A stretch of 64,000 bases of DNA from a bacterium (GCA_020057885.1 JAGVEX010000019.1:84045-148044); one strand, 5' to 3'; shown: positions 9,836 to 20,566, numbered from the stretch's first letter. Notes: generated from the sequence alone by a model not told the origin. Numbers and translations are program-made.

Positions 9836-11855
9836 AAAACGGATTAATTATTGTTGTCTGCACTAAGGCCTCTGGTAGTTCACCCAAAAAACGCGATGGT
9901 ATACCTGGATATACTGTACCAAACAAACGTCTGCTCGAGGCGTATAAACAATAAACTTTTTCTTTGGCGCGCGTAAGCCCCACATAACAAAGCCTACGCT
10001 CTTCTTCCAGTTCGCGTGGATCATCTAAACTTGAAGCGTGCGGCGTTAAGCCCTCTTCCATGCCAACCAAAAATACAGTTTTAAATTCTGTTCCCTTGGC
10101 CGAATGTAGAGTCATTAAAGTAATGCCGTTTTTTCTTTTATTCAAACTATCCTGATCTTGCCAAAGCGAAACTTCTGTTAAAAACTGCTCCAACGCTTCG
10201 CGGCCTTTTCCTGGTGCGCGTTCCTCAGCTACTGTTTTAAGTTCTTGAATATTACTAAGTCTAATCTCACCCTCGGTTGTACCATCGAGTAAATCTTCCT
10301 CTAAGCCGCTCTTTTTTAAAACTTCATCAATCAATTTCGTCACTGAAAGTTTAGGCAGTAATTTATCTAACTCTTTATATAAAAAAGCTAATTTTTTAAA
10401 AATTTCACGACGGGCCGATGAAATATTAACATTTTTTAATAAAGCTTCTTCCAAAAAATTAACCTGACGTGTTTGTGCTTCCTGCAAAACCAATTCCACG
10501 CTGGTCAAACCTAAACCGTGCGTTAAATTTAAACATACTCGTCTGAAACTTATACTATCAAACGGGTTAATAAGTAGCCTCAAATAAGCCAAAATATCTT
10601 TAATTTCACGCCGCTCATAAAAACGCACACCACCAATCAATTGATACGGTAACCCAGCTTTAAGACAAGCTTCTTCTAGAGCTCTGCTTTGGGCATTAGT
10701 GCGATAAAGCACCGCAAATTGATGTAGATCATCATCAACCCCATAATAACGAGCTATGGGCGTAATTTGGGGCAATAAACCGGTTTCTTCTATTGGCTCA
10801 TAAATTAACTCTGCTTCATTAGATTTACCTTGAGCCAACTTTATAACCTCGCTTACTACAAAATTTGCCTCAGCCACTTCATCTTCTACTTCTAATATGG
10901 AAATAGATTCACCTTTAGGATTTTCCGTCCATAAAGTTTTGTCAGCCTTTAACTCCGCTCGTTCCATAATAGCGTTAGAGGCGGAAATAATAATTTTAGT
11001 GGAACGATAATTCTGCTCTAGTTTGATAACACGCGCTTCCGGATAATCATCAGCAAAACGTAAAATATTTCCAAAGTCCGCCCCGCGCCAGGAATAAATT
11101 GACTGCCAATCATCGCCTACCACACAAAGATTACGACTCTCGCCTGCTAAAAGCTTTGTCCAAACATATTGGGCGCGGTTCACATCTTGGTATTCATCAA
11201 CTAATAAGTAATTAAACTGATTTTGGTAGCGTTTTAACACCTCGGGGTGTGCTTGCCACAACCAAACCATCTGATTAATAAGATCGTCAAAATCAAAAGC
11301 ACGATTAGCACGCAAAGCTGGCTGATAACGACTATAAACTTGAGCGACTAACTTTGTAAAATAATCTACTGCCTTATCTGTTTCATATTGAGTAGGAGTG
11401 ATTAAGTCAGACTTAGCACGCGAAATGGCGCCCAAAACCGCTCTAGGTTGTATTTGTTTAACATTCAAACCCAAATCTTTAATAATATTTTTGATTAAAC
11501 TTAATTGATCGTCTTCGTCATAAATAGAAAAATGAGAAGGGTAATCAATCAATTTAGCTTCACGTCTCAAAAATCTGCAACTGACAGAATGAAAGGTTCC
11601 AACCAATGGAAAACTAGTCGATGGTCGCCCCAGTAAGGCACCAACCCGTTCGTGCATTTCTTTAGCCGCCTTATTGGTAAAAGTAACTGCTAAAACAGAG
11701 GGAGCTAATATATTCTTAGCAGTCAAAAGATACGCCAAACGATGTATTAGAGTACGTGTTTTACCACTACCAGCCCCAGCCAATACTAAAACAGGTCCTG
11801 TGGTAGTGGTAACAGCCTCGATCTGCTTTTTATTTAAATCAGCCAAAATATCCAT
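9834..11855 (-). CDS. uvrD: UvrD/PcrA/Rep-family ATP-dependent DNA helicase
   Basis: Walker A 'LAGAGSGKTRTLIHRLAYLL', 'LLVDEYQDVN', 673 aa, and superfamily-1 helicase motifs. Confidence 0.9.
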   Translation of the reverse strand: MDILADLNKKQIEAVTTTTGPVLVLAGAGSGKTRTLIHRLAYLLTAKNILAPSVLAVTFTNKAAKEMHERVGALLGRPSTSFPLVGTFHSVSCRFLRREAKLIDYPSHFSIYDEDDQLSLIKNIIKDLGLNVKQIQPRAVLGAISRAKSDLITPTQYETDKAVDYFTKLVAQVYSRYQPALRANRAFDFDDLINQMVWLWQAHPEVLKRYQNQFNYLLVDEYQDVNRAQYVWTKLLAGESRNLCVVGDDWQSIYSWRGADFGNILRFADDYPEARVIKLEQNYRSTKIIISASNAIMERAELKADKTLWTENPKGESISILEVEDEVAEANFVVSEVIKLAQGKSNEAELIYEPIEETGLLPQITPIARYYGVDDDLHQFAVLYRTNAQSRALEEACLKAGLPYQLIGGVRFYERREIKDILAYLRLLINPFDSISFRRVCLNLTHGLGLTSVELVLQEAQTRQVNFLEEALLKNVNISSARREIFKKLAFLYKELDKLLPKLSVTKLIDEVLKKSGLEEDLLDGTTEGEIRLSNIQELKTVAEERAPGKGREALEQFLTEVSLWQDQDSLNKRKNGITLMTLHSAKGTEFKTVFLVGMEEGLTPHASSLDDPRELEEERRLCYVGLTRAKEKVYCLYASSRRLFGTVYPGIPSRFLGELPEALVQTTIINPF

Positions 11856-11955
11856 ACTCTTAAAAAATTATTAGGATTATTATATTATAGTTGACAAAGT
11901 AATAACGCTATGTTATGATGTTATCGAACTTATTTAAGCCAAAGGCTTTTTTATT

Positions 11956-12183
11956 TTGACTCAAATGAACCGTTACGTCCAAATTGCAGAATTAGTAGTA
12001 GCTCTTTTGCTTATCCTGGCTATTTTATTGCAACAACGTGGGGCAGGCTTAGGTGGTATTTTTGGCGGCGAAAGTAATGTTTACCGCACTAAACGAGGAT
12101 TAGAAAAAGGTTTATATATAGGCACTATTATTCTCGTCATCCTATTCTTGGGATTGGCGATGGGGAATCTACTGCTTCAGTAG
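11956..12183 (+). CDS. secG: Preprotein translocase subunit SecG-like
   Basis: 75 aa with two transmembrane helices and the 'LLQQRGAGLGGIFGG' glycine-rich SecG signature. Confidence 0.6.
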   Translation: MTQMNRYVQIAELVVALLLILAILLQQRGAGLGGIFGGESNVYRTKRGLEKGLYIGTIILVILFLGLAMGNLLLQ

Positions 12184-12221
12184 TTATATAGCGTATCAGT
12201 ACTATATCACAAATCACCACC

Positions 12222-13997
12222 GTGTTCCGTCGTATTGTGGCAAGGTTAACCCATAAATTATGGCAACTTTTCTACGGCCACGACGAAACCAATGTTAATC
12301 ACGCTTTAAATCTGGTTAGTGCTAAACCGCTGCCAACTTGGCGACAGTTTACTTTAATTAACCGCATTTTTTCTAATCAAGAAAAAAGAATAACCCTAAG
12401 TTTATTAATTCTTTGTTTAATAAGCGGATCTTTCTTAGCACTACGATGGTTTAATAACCATACCACTTTACAGCCAAAAACTGGTGATGAATATACAGAG
12501 GGAATAATCGGCACACCAAGCACAGCCAACCCCTTACTTGCTAATAGTACAGCCGAATTGGATCTGGCTCGCCTTACACATCGTGGACTTTTAAGCCATG
12601 ATTCAAATGGAAATTTAATTGGCGATCTAGCTGAGACCTGGGAAGCAAGTTCCGATTTAAAAACTTACACCATAATCCTACGCCCCGACTTACGTTGGTC
12701 CGACGGCGAACCTTTAACTGCTCTTGATGTAATTTTTACTTTTCAAAGCTTACGCGATATAAATCAAAATAGCACTTGGTCGCGCAGTTTACGTGATATC
12801 AAAATAACCACTGAAGGGAATCTTAAAATAATTTTTACTCTAAAAGAACCTTACTATTACTTTCCGCAAACACTCACTTTAGGGTTAATACCTGCTCATA
12901 TTTGGCAAAGTATTCCAACGGCACAGTGGTTAGACACAGAAACAAGCCTAAAACCAATAGGCAGTGGGCCTTATCGTTTTAAAAGCTTAAATTACGATCA
13001 ACAAGAAAATCTAAAAAGTTATATTTTAGAAGCTAATCCTTTTACTCATACTAAAGCTCCACACTTAACTAAAATAACTCTGCGTTTTTACGACGATACC
13101 CCAAGCGTGCTGGAGGCTTTACACCAAGAAGCTGTTGATGGCGTAGGTGGTATTACTATACAAAACGGTACAAGCTCACGTAAATTTAACACTCTTTCTT
13201 TACTCTTGCCTCAATACACAGCGATTTTCTATAATTCTCAAACCAATGAACTTTTTGAAAATAAATCTATTCGCCAAGGATTAAGTTATGCTGTAAATCG
13301 CTCACTTTTAGTAAAAAAAGATTTACCAAACCAAACTATACCAGCCCGCGGACCATTTACTTGGGGAGAGGAAAAAACACAAACTGCCAAATATACTATT
13401 TCCTTTAATTTAGCTAAAGCTAAAGAATTATTTACCAGTGCTGGTTTTGTACGTGCTGATAAAGCTGAATTTTATACTAAAAATGGACAAATACTAGAAT
13501 TTACCTTGACTTTGGCTAATCAAACTGAGTTCATAACTATGGCGGAAGGTTTAAAACAACAATTGTCTGAGGTGGGCGTGAAAATTAACCTTAATTTAGT
13601 AGAACCGTCTTCGCTTTATTCTGATATAATTAAAACACGAAATTATCAAGCTCTTTTAGCCAAAGAAATAATGGGGCTTGATCCTGACCCTTACCCTTTT
13701 TGGCACTCTTCACAAAGCAACGCTCCGGGTCTTAATTTGGCCAATTTCCAAAATCGTGAAACCGATGGATTGCTCACTGAAGCACGGCAAACTGCTGATA
13801 ACAAAATACGTTTAGAAAAATACATGCGTTTCCAAGAAATTCTAAGTGCTGAAAGCCCAGCGACTTTTCTCTACAGTACCAATTATAATTACACTTTAGA
13901 TAAAGACATACAAAATATACCTAACAATATTATTGGCGAACCTGCAGACCGTTTTAATAATTTAGAAGATTGGTATCGCAATACCACTAGACAATAA
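12222..13997 (+). CDS. ABC-transporter solute-binding protein, family 5 (peptide/nickel type). It has a membrane anchor and no cognate permease genes in the window.
   Basis: 591 aa with an N-terminal transmembrane segment and the SBP_bac_5-type layout ('TANPLLANSTAELDLARLTHRGLL'). Confidence 0.5.
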   Translation: MFRRIVARLTHKLWQLFYGHDETNVNHALNLVSAKPLPTWRQFTLINRIFSNQEKRITLSLLILCLISGSFLALRWFNNHTTLQPKTGDEYTEGIIGTPSTANPLLANSTAELDLARLTHRGLLSHDSNGNLIGDLAETWEASSDLKTYTIILRPDLRWSDGEPLTALDVIFTFQSLRDINQNSTWSRSLRDIKITTEGNLKIIFTLKEPYYYFPQTLTLGLIPAHIWQSIPTAQWLDTETSLKPIGSGPYRFKSLNYDQQENLKSYILEANPFTHTKAPHLTKITLRFYDDTPSVLEALHQEAVDGVGGITIQNGTSSRKFNTLSLLLPQYTAIFYNSQTNELFENKSIRQGLSYAVNRSLLVKKDLPNQTIPARGPFTWGEEKTQTAKYTISFNLAKAKELFTSAGFVRADKAEFYTKNGQILEFTLTLANQTEFITMAEGLKQQLSEVGVKINLNLVEPSSLYSDIIKTRNYQALLAKEIMGLDPDPYPFWHSSQSNAPGLNLANFQNRETDGLLTEARQTADNKIRLEKYMRFQEILSAESPATFLYSTNYNYTLDKDIQNIPNNIIGEPADRFNNLEDWYRNTTRQ

Positions 13998-14007
13998 TAT
14001 ATCCTAA

Positions 14008-14094
14008 GCCGAAGTGGCGGAACTGGTATACGCGTACGCTTCAGGAGCGTATGGGCGTAAGCCCATGAGGGTTCAAATCCCTCCTTCGGCACCA
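14008..14094 (+). tRNA. tRNA-Leu (anticodon CAG), type II with a long variable arm and an encoded CCA
   Basis: Acceptor 'gccgaag' / 'cttcggc', 3-bp D-stem, anticodon stem 'tacgc' / 'gcgta' with loop 'ttcagga', long variable arm, T-arm 'gaggg-ttcaaat-ccctc', and discriminator A followed by CCA. Confidence 0.85.
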
Positions 14095-14429
14095 TGCACC
14101 ACTCACTCTCTCGTTAACATTCGTTCGTTCGGGTACATGGCAGGCCATGACTATGATTGTTAATTAAAGGGTAGGTGGTGTGTGCAGTGAACTTAAACAA
14201 GGTGAATAGTTCACTGCTACAATAAATTAATTAATCACCCCATTCGCTCTAATGTATGGCGAGTCACTTGAAATAGGAATGAATTAGATAAAAATGAGCA
14301 TCTAGTTCATGCTATGTATCTGAGCACAAGCGAATGGTTCATGGCTACAATTATCACATTCTATACAACCAAACAATTAATTTTAATGAAATTACTAATT
14401 AATTATCTAATTATAAAATAAATTTTGAT

Positions 14430-16217
14430 ATGGTTAATGAAAGATACAATCGTTTTAAATCCAACCGTCAAGGAACAAGACCGAACTATGGTACTTCGCG
14501 TCCCAAGCAACATTCCTCTGTCGGTCGCGTAGCCGCGCCGAGTGAATCTAATGAACCAAAACTTAAAATAATTCCGCTCGGTGGACAAGAAGAAGTCGGG
14601 CGCAATATGACTGTTTTTGAATATGGTCAAGATATTGTAATTCTTGATATAGGTATGCAATTTGCCGAAGAAGATATGCCAGGCATTGATTACATTATTC
14701 CAGATATTAGATATTTGCGCGGCAAAGAACGAAATATTAAAGGCGTTATTTTGAGCCATGGTCATTTAGATCATATTGGCGCGGTACCGCATATATTGCC
14801 CCAACTGGGTTGGCCGCCTGTTTATGCCAGCAAAATGACTTTGGCTTTGGTAAAACGCCGACTGGAAGAATCGCACTTGCAACAACATTTAAAATCATAC
14901 GAAATAAAATCCGCCAATGAAAATTTGCGTTTTGGAAATATTAAAGTAAATGTTTTTGATGTTACGCACAGTATTATGGATGCTATTGGAGTAATTATCC
15001 AAACCCCAGTAGCCAATATTATTCATCCTGGCGACTGGCGTTACGACCTTGATCCAGTAACCGGCAAACCAACTGATTTTTCTCATCTCGCACGCTGGAA
15101 TACCAAACCAATTCCCTCTATTTTAATGATGGAATCTTTGGGATCTACCAAGGAAGGGCATCAAATTTCCGAACTTGATATCTTCCGCACCATTAAACAA
15201 GTTTTTGAAAAAACTCAAGGCAGAATAATTATTGCCACTTTTGCTTCAATGGTGGAAAGAGTGAGTTGGATAGTCAGTGTGGCAGAGCAATTGGGTAAAA
15301 AAGTAGCACTCGATGGCTACTCTATGAAATTAAATATGGAAATTGCCAAAAAAATCGGTTATGCCAAATTTAAATCAAGTACTTTAATTGATATAAAACG
15401 CATTCGCGATTATCCCGATAATAAAGTGGTGGTAGTGTGCACTGGCGCGCAAGGTGAAGATAGAGCTGTGCTAATGCGCATTGCTAATGGCGAGCACCGT
15501 TCTATTAAACTGCAAAAAAATGATACGGTAATTTTTTCCTCTTCGGTTATTCCGGGTAACGAACGCTCTATTCAACGCTTAAAAGATTCCCTTTACCGCC
15601 AATGCGATAATGTGATTCATAAAGAAATTATGGATGTCCACGGCGGCGGTCATGCTTTAATTGAAGATATAAAATTACTTCTGCGGCAAGTAAAGCCAAA
15701 ATATCTCTTGCCCGTTTATGCTAATCATTATTTGTTAAAAGAGTGTGCTAAGGTAGCTATGTCTATTGGCTTTCCCCCGCAAAATATTTCTATTTTGGAT
15801 AATGGTAGTATAGGAGAAATGACACACCAGGGTTTTAAAATAAGCGAGCAAAAAATACCAATTGAATATGTGTTTGTAGATGGTTTAGGTGTAGGTGATA
15901 TTTCACACGTGGTGCTACGGGATCGACAAATTTTATCAGCTGATGGTATGTTAGTAATTGTAGCCACCATCGATGGCAAAACTGGCGCCCTGGTTGGCAG
16001 TCCCGATATTATCTCCCGCGGCTTTGTTTATATGAAAAATAACCGCTTAATCGAAGAAACTAGACATAAAATTAAACAAATCCTTAAAGGACAAAATAAG
16101 CAGCAATTGACTGATGAGATGTACATTAAAGATAAAATTCGTAATGATATTGGCCAATTTCTTTTCACAAAAATCGAACGTCGGCCTATGATTCTCCCCC
16201 TATTAATCCAAGTTTAA
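14430..16217 (+). CDS. rnj: Ribonuclease J (metallo-beta-lactamase / beta-CASP RNase)
   Basis: 'HGHLDHIGAVP' motif, 595 aa, and typical RNase J architecture. Confidence 0.9.
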   Translation: MVNERYNRFKSNRQGTRPNYGTSRPKQHSSVGRVAAPSESNEPKLKIIPLGGQEEVGRNMTVFEYGQDIVILDIGMQFAEEDMPGIDYIIPDIRYLRGKERNIKGVILSHGHLDHIGAVPHILPQLGWPPVYASKMTLALVKRRLEESHLQQHLKSYEIKSANENLRFGNIKVNVFDVTHSIMDAIGVIIQTPVANIIHPGDWRYDLDPVTGKPTDFSHLARWNTKPIPSILMMESLGSTKEGHQISELDIFRTIKQVFEKTQGRIIIATFASMVERVSWIVSVAEQLGKKVALDGYSMKLNMEIAKKIGYAKFKSSTLIDIKRIRDYPDNKVVVVCTGAQGEDRAVLMRIANGEHRSIKLQKNDTVIFSSSVIPGNERSIQRLKDSLYRQCDNVIHKEIMDVHGGGHALIEDIKLLLRQVKPKYLLPVYANHYLLKECAKVAMSIGFPPQNISILDNGSIGEMTHQGFKISEQKIPIEYVFVDGLGVGDISHVVLRDRQILSADGMLVIVATIDGKTGALVGSPDIISRGFVYMKNNRLIEETRHKIKQILKGQNKQQLTDEMYIKDKIRNDIGQFLFTKIERRPMILPLLIQV

Positions 16218-16237
16218 AAAAATATTCATATATTACT

Positions 16238-16272
16238 TAGAATTTAGATATTAGGATTTAGATATTAATTTA
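16238..16272 (+). promoter_or_regulatory. Heptad array 'tagaatt tagatat taggatt tagatat taattta', ending 8 nt before the trpS ATG
   Basis: Strict 7-nt periodicity. The same motif family lies immediately upstream of four minus-strand genes in the accessory cluster. Confidence 0.45.
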
Positions 16273-16279
16273 CTATATT

Positions 16280-17272
16280 ATGTTCCCTAAAAATAAAGTT
16301 ATTTTCTCTGCCGCCCAGCCGACTGGCGAGCTTCACTTGGGCAATTACCTAGGCGCTCTTAAAAATTGGGTGCACTTACAGCGCGATAATCAATGTTTTT
16401 ATGCTATTGTGGATTATCACGCTATTACCATTCCTTATGATCCCAAAGATTTTCCTAAAAAAGTAATGGATTTGGCACTGGATTATTTAGCCTTAGGCAT
16501 AGATCCTGAAAAATCCGTGGTGTTTATACAATCACACGTGCCCGAACACACTGAACTAGCCTGGATTTTAAATACCATTACACCGCTTGGGGAATTGGAA
16601 CGCATGACGCAGTTTAAAGACAAAGCTGAACAGCAACGCGGTTCTATTAATGCTGGATTATTAAACTACCCTGTTTTAATGGCGGCGGATATTTTGCTTT
16701 ATCAACCTGACTTGGTGCCTGTGGGTGAAGATCAAACCCAGCATGTGGAACTGACGCGCGTTATTGCGCGCAAATTCAACAGCGCTTTTGGCGAATATTT
16801 TAAAGAACCAAAAGTTTACGAAGCTACTATCGCGCGTGTAATGTCGCTCTTGGAGCCTGCTAAAAAAATGTCAAAATCTTTAGGGCCTAATCACTGTTTG
16901 GCTTTAAATGACCCGCCTGAAGTAATCCGTAAAAAAATTGCCAAGGCTGTTACAGACGAAGGCGGCTTGGCTGAAAACAGAGTTTCCGGCGGAAAAAATT
17001 TACTAGAACTTTTTAAAGTATTGTCGGATGATAAAGCTACCAAGGACGCTTTTGAAGAGCAATATAAAGCTGGAGAACTTAAGTATGCTGAATTCAAACC
17101 CGCTTTAGCCGAAACAATTATCAAAGTATTGGAACCAATTCAGGCCCGTCGTGCTGAACTAGCAGCCAAACCGCAAGAGGTAACTAGAATCTTACTAGGC
17201 GGCCGCGACAAAGCCAGATTAATTGCCCAAAAAACTTTACAGGATGTGAAAGAAAGAATGGGTTTAGTTTAA
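16280..17272 (+). CDS. trpS: Tryptophanyl-tRNA synthetase
   Basis: Class I motifs: 'ELHLGNYLG' (HIGH-like) and 'KMSKS'. 330 aa. Confidence 0.92.
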   Translation: MFPKNKVIFSAAQPTGELHLGNYLGALKNWVHLQRDNQCFYAIVDYHAITIPYDPKDFPKKVMDLALDYLALGIDPEKSVVFIQSHVPEHTELAWILNTITPLGELERMTQFKDKAEQQRGSINAGLLNYPVLMAADILLYQPDLVPVGEDQTQHVELTRVIARKFNSAFGEYFKEPKVYEATIARVMSLLEPAKKMSKSLGPNHCLALNDPPEVIRKKIAKAVTDEGGLAENRVSGGKNLLELFKVLSDDKATKDAFEEQYKAGELKYAEFKPALAETIIKVLEPIQARRAELAAKPQEVTRILLGGRDKARLIAQKTLQDVKERMGLV

Positions 17273-17295
17273 AGTTAATACCAAATTACAATACT

Positions 17296-17325
17296 AAAAC
17301 CAAGGCTTTAAGCCTTGGTTTTTTA
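17296..17325 (+). terminator. Rho-independent terminator of trpS
   Basis: 'aaccaaggc-ttta-gccttggtt' followed by 'ttttt'. Confidence 0.65.
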
Positions 17326-17336
17326 AATCTCCCACC

Positions 17337-17372
17337 CTGTGATTTATGTCCGGCCGGACCTTTTTCACAGGA
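17337..17372. repeat. GC-core palindrome, family member P1 ('cctgtga..gtccggccggac..tcacagg')
   Basis: Perfect 12-bp core 'gtccggccggac' with 7-bp outer arms. It shares the 'atttatgtcc-GC-ggac' motif with P7 at 63703. Confidence 0.5.
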
Positions 17373-17541
17373 TGGTGTTTTGTAGGTTAGGTATTACTTA
17401 ATAAGCAGTAAAACCCTGTGGAACATTAAGCTTAGACTAATAAATAATGCCTTAACTTAGCCAAAACATATTATTCATTGTTCCACAAGTATGAAGAAGA
17501 TGAGATACATCTCCGACACTTTTAAAATATAAGGCATACTG

Positions 17542-18057
17542 GTGGGGAAGGATAATTCCCCTATGTATACACCTAGCCAACACCCATTCATACCTCAACC
17601 TAAAATCTTGCTCTCTAAGCATGAAAGATGGCGTCAGATAGCTAAAGTCTTAAGCCTATCTCAAGAGGCCAAGACTCGCTTGGAATGGTTTATATATCAT
17701 GAATCTCATGGTGCTAAAAACGTCTCCCGTACTGCTAGGCACTTTGGCATACATAGAGACACCTTCCACCATTGGCATAATAGATTTACTGAGACTAATT
17801 TAAGAAGTTTGGAAAGCCATTCCTGTGCTCCCCTTAAGCGTCGCACTTTAGCCTTAAATCAAAGTCAAGTAGATAGGATAATCAAACTTCGAAAGGAGCA
17901 TCTCTTATATGGCAAAATGAAACTTAAAGCTATGTATGAAAGCGAGTATGGCGAGGCTATCTCTTCTTGGCACGTGCAAAAGGTTATTAAACTATATCAT
18001 TTATATCCCCAGAGGAAACCACTAAAACACAATAAACGTCAAATAGGGCTTAGGTGA
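17542..18057 (+). pseudogene. IS481-family transposase, N-terminal (HTH) fragment, interrupted by an IS30 insertion
   Basis: HTH/OrfA-like region ('NVSRTARHFGIHRDTFHHWHNRF'). The matching integrase-core C-terminal fragment resumes at about 19190. Confidence 0.55.
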
Positions 18058-18059
18058 GT

Positions 18060-19100
18060 TCAACAAGTAAGTGCAACACTTGGTAAAATCCAAGCATATG
18101 ACACAATACCAACAATTAACCATTGAGGAACGAGAAAAGATACAAACAGGGTTGTGGGAAAGGAGATCGTTACGGGATATCGCCCGACTGCTTGGCCGAA
18201 ATGTCTCCACTATCTCCCGAGAGCTTCAGCGGAATACAGCAGGCGAGCGAAGACGCTACGTCCCCCGCTTAGCTGAAGAGCGGACACGAAGACGAATACA
18301 AGCACGTGGCCAAAGGGAACGACTGAAGTGTCCTCTCATACGTGAATATGCGATTAGGAAACTGAAAGATGACTACTCACCCGAACAAATCGCTGGCACG
18401 CTCTCAATCGAGCATCTGGCATATTCAATCAGCCCTGAGGCAGTCTATCAATTCATTTACGCGCAGTATCGGAGAGGCGGGTACGGACGGTGTCTTGGAG
18501 AAGACTTACGAGTTTACTTGAAACGCAAACACAAAATCCGCAAATTAAAATATGCGCTGTTCAAAGCAGTCAAAGGGCCAATAAAGAACCGTATTTTCAT
18601 TGATTATCGACCGCAAGAAGTCACCACTAGAATCATCTGCGGTCACTGGGAAGGCGACTCCATGGTGTCCCGTCAGAGCTCGGCTGGTTTAAATACACTG
18701 GTCGAACGAGTTACGGGGCTTATGCTTATCACTAAGATTCAAAACACCACGGCAGCTGAAACGACACAGGCGGTTATCCAACGGCTGAAACGTTTTCCGA
18801 TGAGGCTCCGTCAGACAATCACGGTTGATAACGGCCATGAGAATGCCGGACACGAAGACATTGTGAAGAGGATCAAAACAAAAATATTCTTTGCGCATCC
18901 GTACCATTCTTGGGAACGGGGAATAAATGAAAATGCCAACGGATTGATCCGTTGGTACTTACCGAAGGGAACTGACTTTGCTACAGTGAATGAAGAGCGC
19001 TTGAGAGAGATTGAATATAAACTCAACACCAGACCAAGAAAGCGGCTTGGCTGGAAAACACCACTCCAAGTTTTTAATCAGTGGGTGTTGCACTAGAATA
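18060..19100 (+). mobile_element. IS30-family insertion sequence (about 1.04 kb) nested inside the IS481-family transposase gene
   Basis: It contains one IS30 transposase gene. Candidate terminal inverted repeats share 'gtgcaacac' (18071-18079) and 'gtgttgcac' (19085-19093). Confidence 0.65.
18071..19096 (+). CDS. IS30-family DDE transposase (the real start is probably the ATG at 18098)
   Basis: N-terminal HTH ('LTIEEREKIQTGLWERRSLRDIARLLGRNVSTISRELQRN'), 'GHWEGDS', and the DDE region 'DNGHENAGH'. Confidence 0.85.
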   Translation: MQHLVKSKHMTQYQQLTIEEREKIQTGLWERRSLRDIARLLGRNVSTISRELQRNTAGERRRYVPRLAEERTRRRIQARGQRERLKCPLIREYAIRKLKDDYSPEQIAGTLSIEHLAYSISPEAVYQFIYAQYRRGGYGRCLGEDLRVYLKRKHKIRKLKYALFKAVKGPIKNRIFIDYRPQEVTTRIICGHWEGDSMVSRQSSAGLNTLVERVTGLMLITKIQNTTAAETTQAVIQRLKRFPMRLRQTITVDNGHENAGHEDIVKRIKTKIFFAHPYHSWERGINENANGLIRWYLPKGTDFATVNEERLREIEYKLNTRPRKRLGWKTPLQVFNQWVLH

Positions 19101-19189
19101 TTGAATGTAGCTTAAAAAGAAGCACATCACAGAGCTTTTAAGACAACCACACCCAGGCTTTCTTATTTGTTTAGACACTATTGTACTTT

Positions 19190-19671
19190 ATCAATTTAAC
19201 CTCAAACGCTATATCATCACTGGTATTGATTGGCAGGGCAAGATAGCCTATGCCAAAATGTATACTAATCATTCCTCTGTCTCAGCTACTGATTTCCTTA
19301 AGCGCTTATATTATCTCCTAGATGGCAAGATTGAAAACGTACTCCACGATAATGGCAGTGAGTTTGCTAAGCACTTTATAGAAGCTTCTAAGCAACTACA
19401 CCTCACCCAGTACTATACCAGGGTTAAGACCCCTAAAGACAACGCTGTTTGTGAACGCTTTAATCGTACCCTGAAGGAAGAGTTTCTATACCAAGGCAAC
19501 TTTCATCCTAACCTAGCTGTATTTAATCAAAATTTAACCAATTGGCTTATTGAATATAACTTTAAAAGACCCCACCAAAGCCTTAGGTATCAAACCCCTA
19601 TCCAAGCTGCCTTAAAACAGGGGTACTTGTCGGAGATGTACCCAGTACAAAGTATTGACAATTTGAGCTAG
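19190..19671 (+). pseudogene. IS481-family transposase, C-terminal integrase-core (rve) fragment
   Basis: 'LKRYIITGIDWQGKIAYAKMY', 'DNGSEF', and 'TPKDNAVCERFNRTLKEE' (DDE glutamate region). The frame is open upstream of the annotated Met back to about 19190. Confidence 0.55.
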
Positions 19672-19944
19672 ACGCGCTATGATAATATGTTATTTTCGTG
19701 CTTGGTTTATTAGGGTTTGATTGTACTTTAACAACTTAAGAATAGTAGATAAGTTCGTTGCCACTAACCTGGGAGGGGAGAGGAAATTAAGTACGATAGT
19801 AGATTGGTGTTATAACTGATCAACTACCGTTTGCTTGATTTCTGGTGTATTGCCTTCGGGCATAAGATACACTAACTCTCTACCAGATTAGTGGTAACGA
19901 AATAAGAAAATTAATAATAAAAATAACTTAAAAAGAGGTTCATC

Positions 19945-20541
19945 GTGATAACAATTATAATTATTGTTGGGGTAATTCCTTGCTGTTTTTTTGTAACCGG
20001 TTTATTTATGACTGGTTTTACAAAAGTAATAGAAACACAACCAAAGCAACGCTGGTGGTTTGATGTACTTGACTTGATTCTATATCCAATTATGAAATTA
20101 TTTTTCCATAATAAACTCACTCACGGATGGCACTGGAAAAAATGGAAGATTGGTGAATTTACCGGTATTGAATCAATATCTATTCGATTAAGTGGCGATA
20201 CATCACTCCCAAAAATCACCAACATATGGCAACAAATTAAAGCAGAGTTTAAGGGGGAGGGCCAGATATTACTTGAGTTGGATAACCGACAAAACCCTCG
20301 ATATCAAAAACATTGGAGATTGGGCTTTTGGAACCCTAAAACTAAATTAGCCAAAATCTGTAATGTAAAAATACCAATCTCATTTCATAAAATTTACCAA
20401 ACCCAAAGTGGTCTGATACGATGTTATATCTGGGGCGATGATGTTGTTTTCTTTGGTGTACATCCTGATGGTCTTCAAGTCCCCATAAAAGTTTATTCTA
20501 GTGTTGATGCCAAGCACTATCTTGAAGTTCCACTACTCTAA
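19945..20541 (+). CDS. Hypothetical membrane-anchored protein (198 aa)
   Basis: N-terminal transmembrane helix and Trp-rich. No family recognised. Adjacent to the IS remnant. Confidence 0.35.
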   Translation: MITIIIIVGVIPCCFFVTGLFMTGFTKVIETQPKQRWWFDVLDLILYPIMKLFFHNKLTHGWHWKKWKIGEFTGIESISIRLSGDTSLPKITNIWQQIKAEFKGEGQILLELDNRQNPRYQKHWRLGFWNPKTKLAKICNVKIPISFHKIYQTQSGLIRCYIWGDDVVFFGVHPDGLQVPIKVYSSVDAKHYLEVPLL

Positions 20542-20566
20542 AATAATCCAAAAAATATTCTCTGCA

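Noticed and set aside
13889-14095. 68-aa minus-strand ORF
   Set aside because: It lies entirely antisense over tRNA-Leu and its upstream region. It is a spurious ORF.
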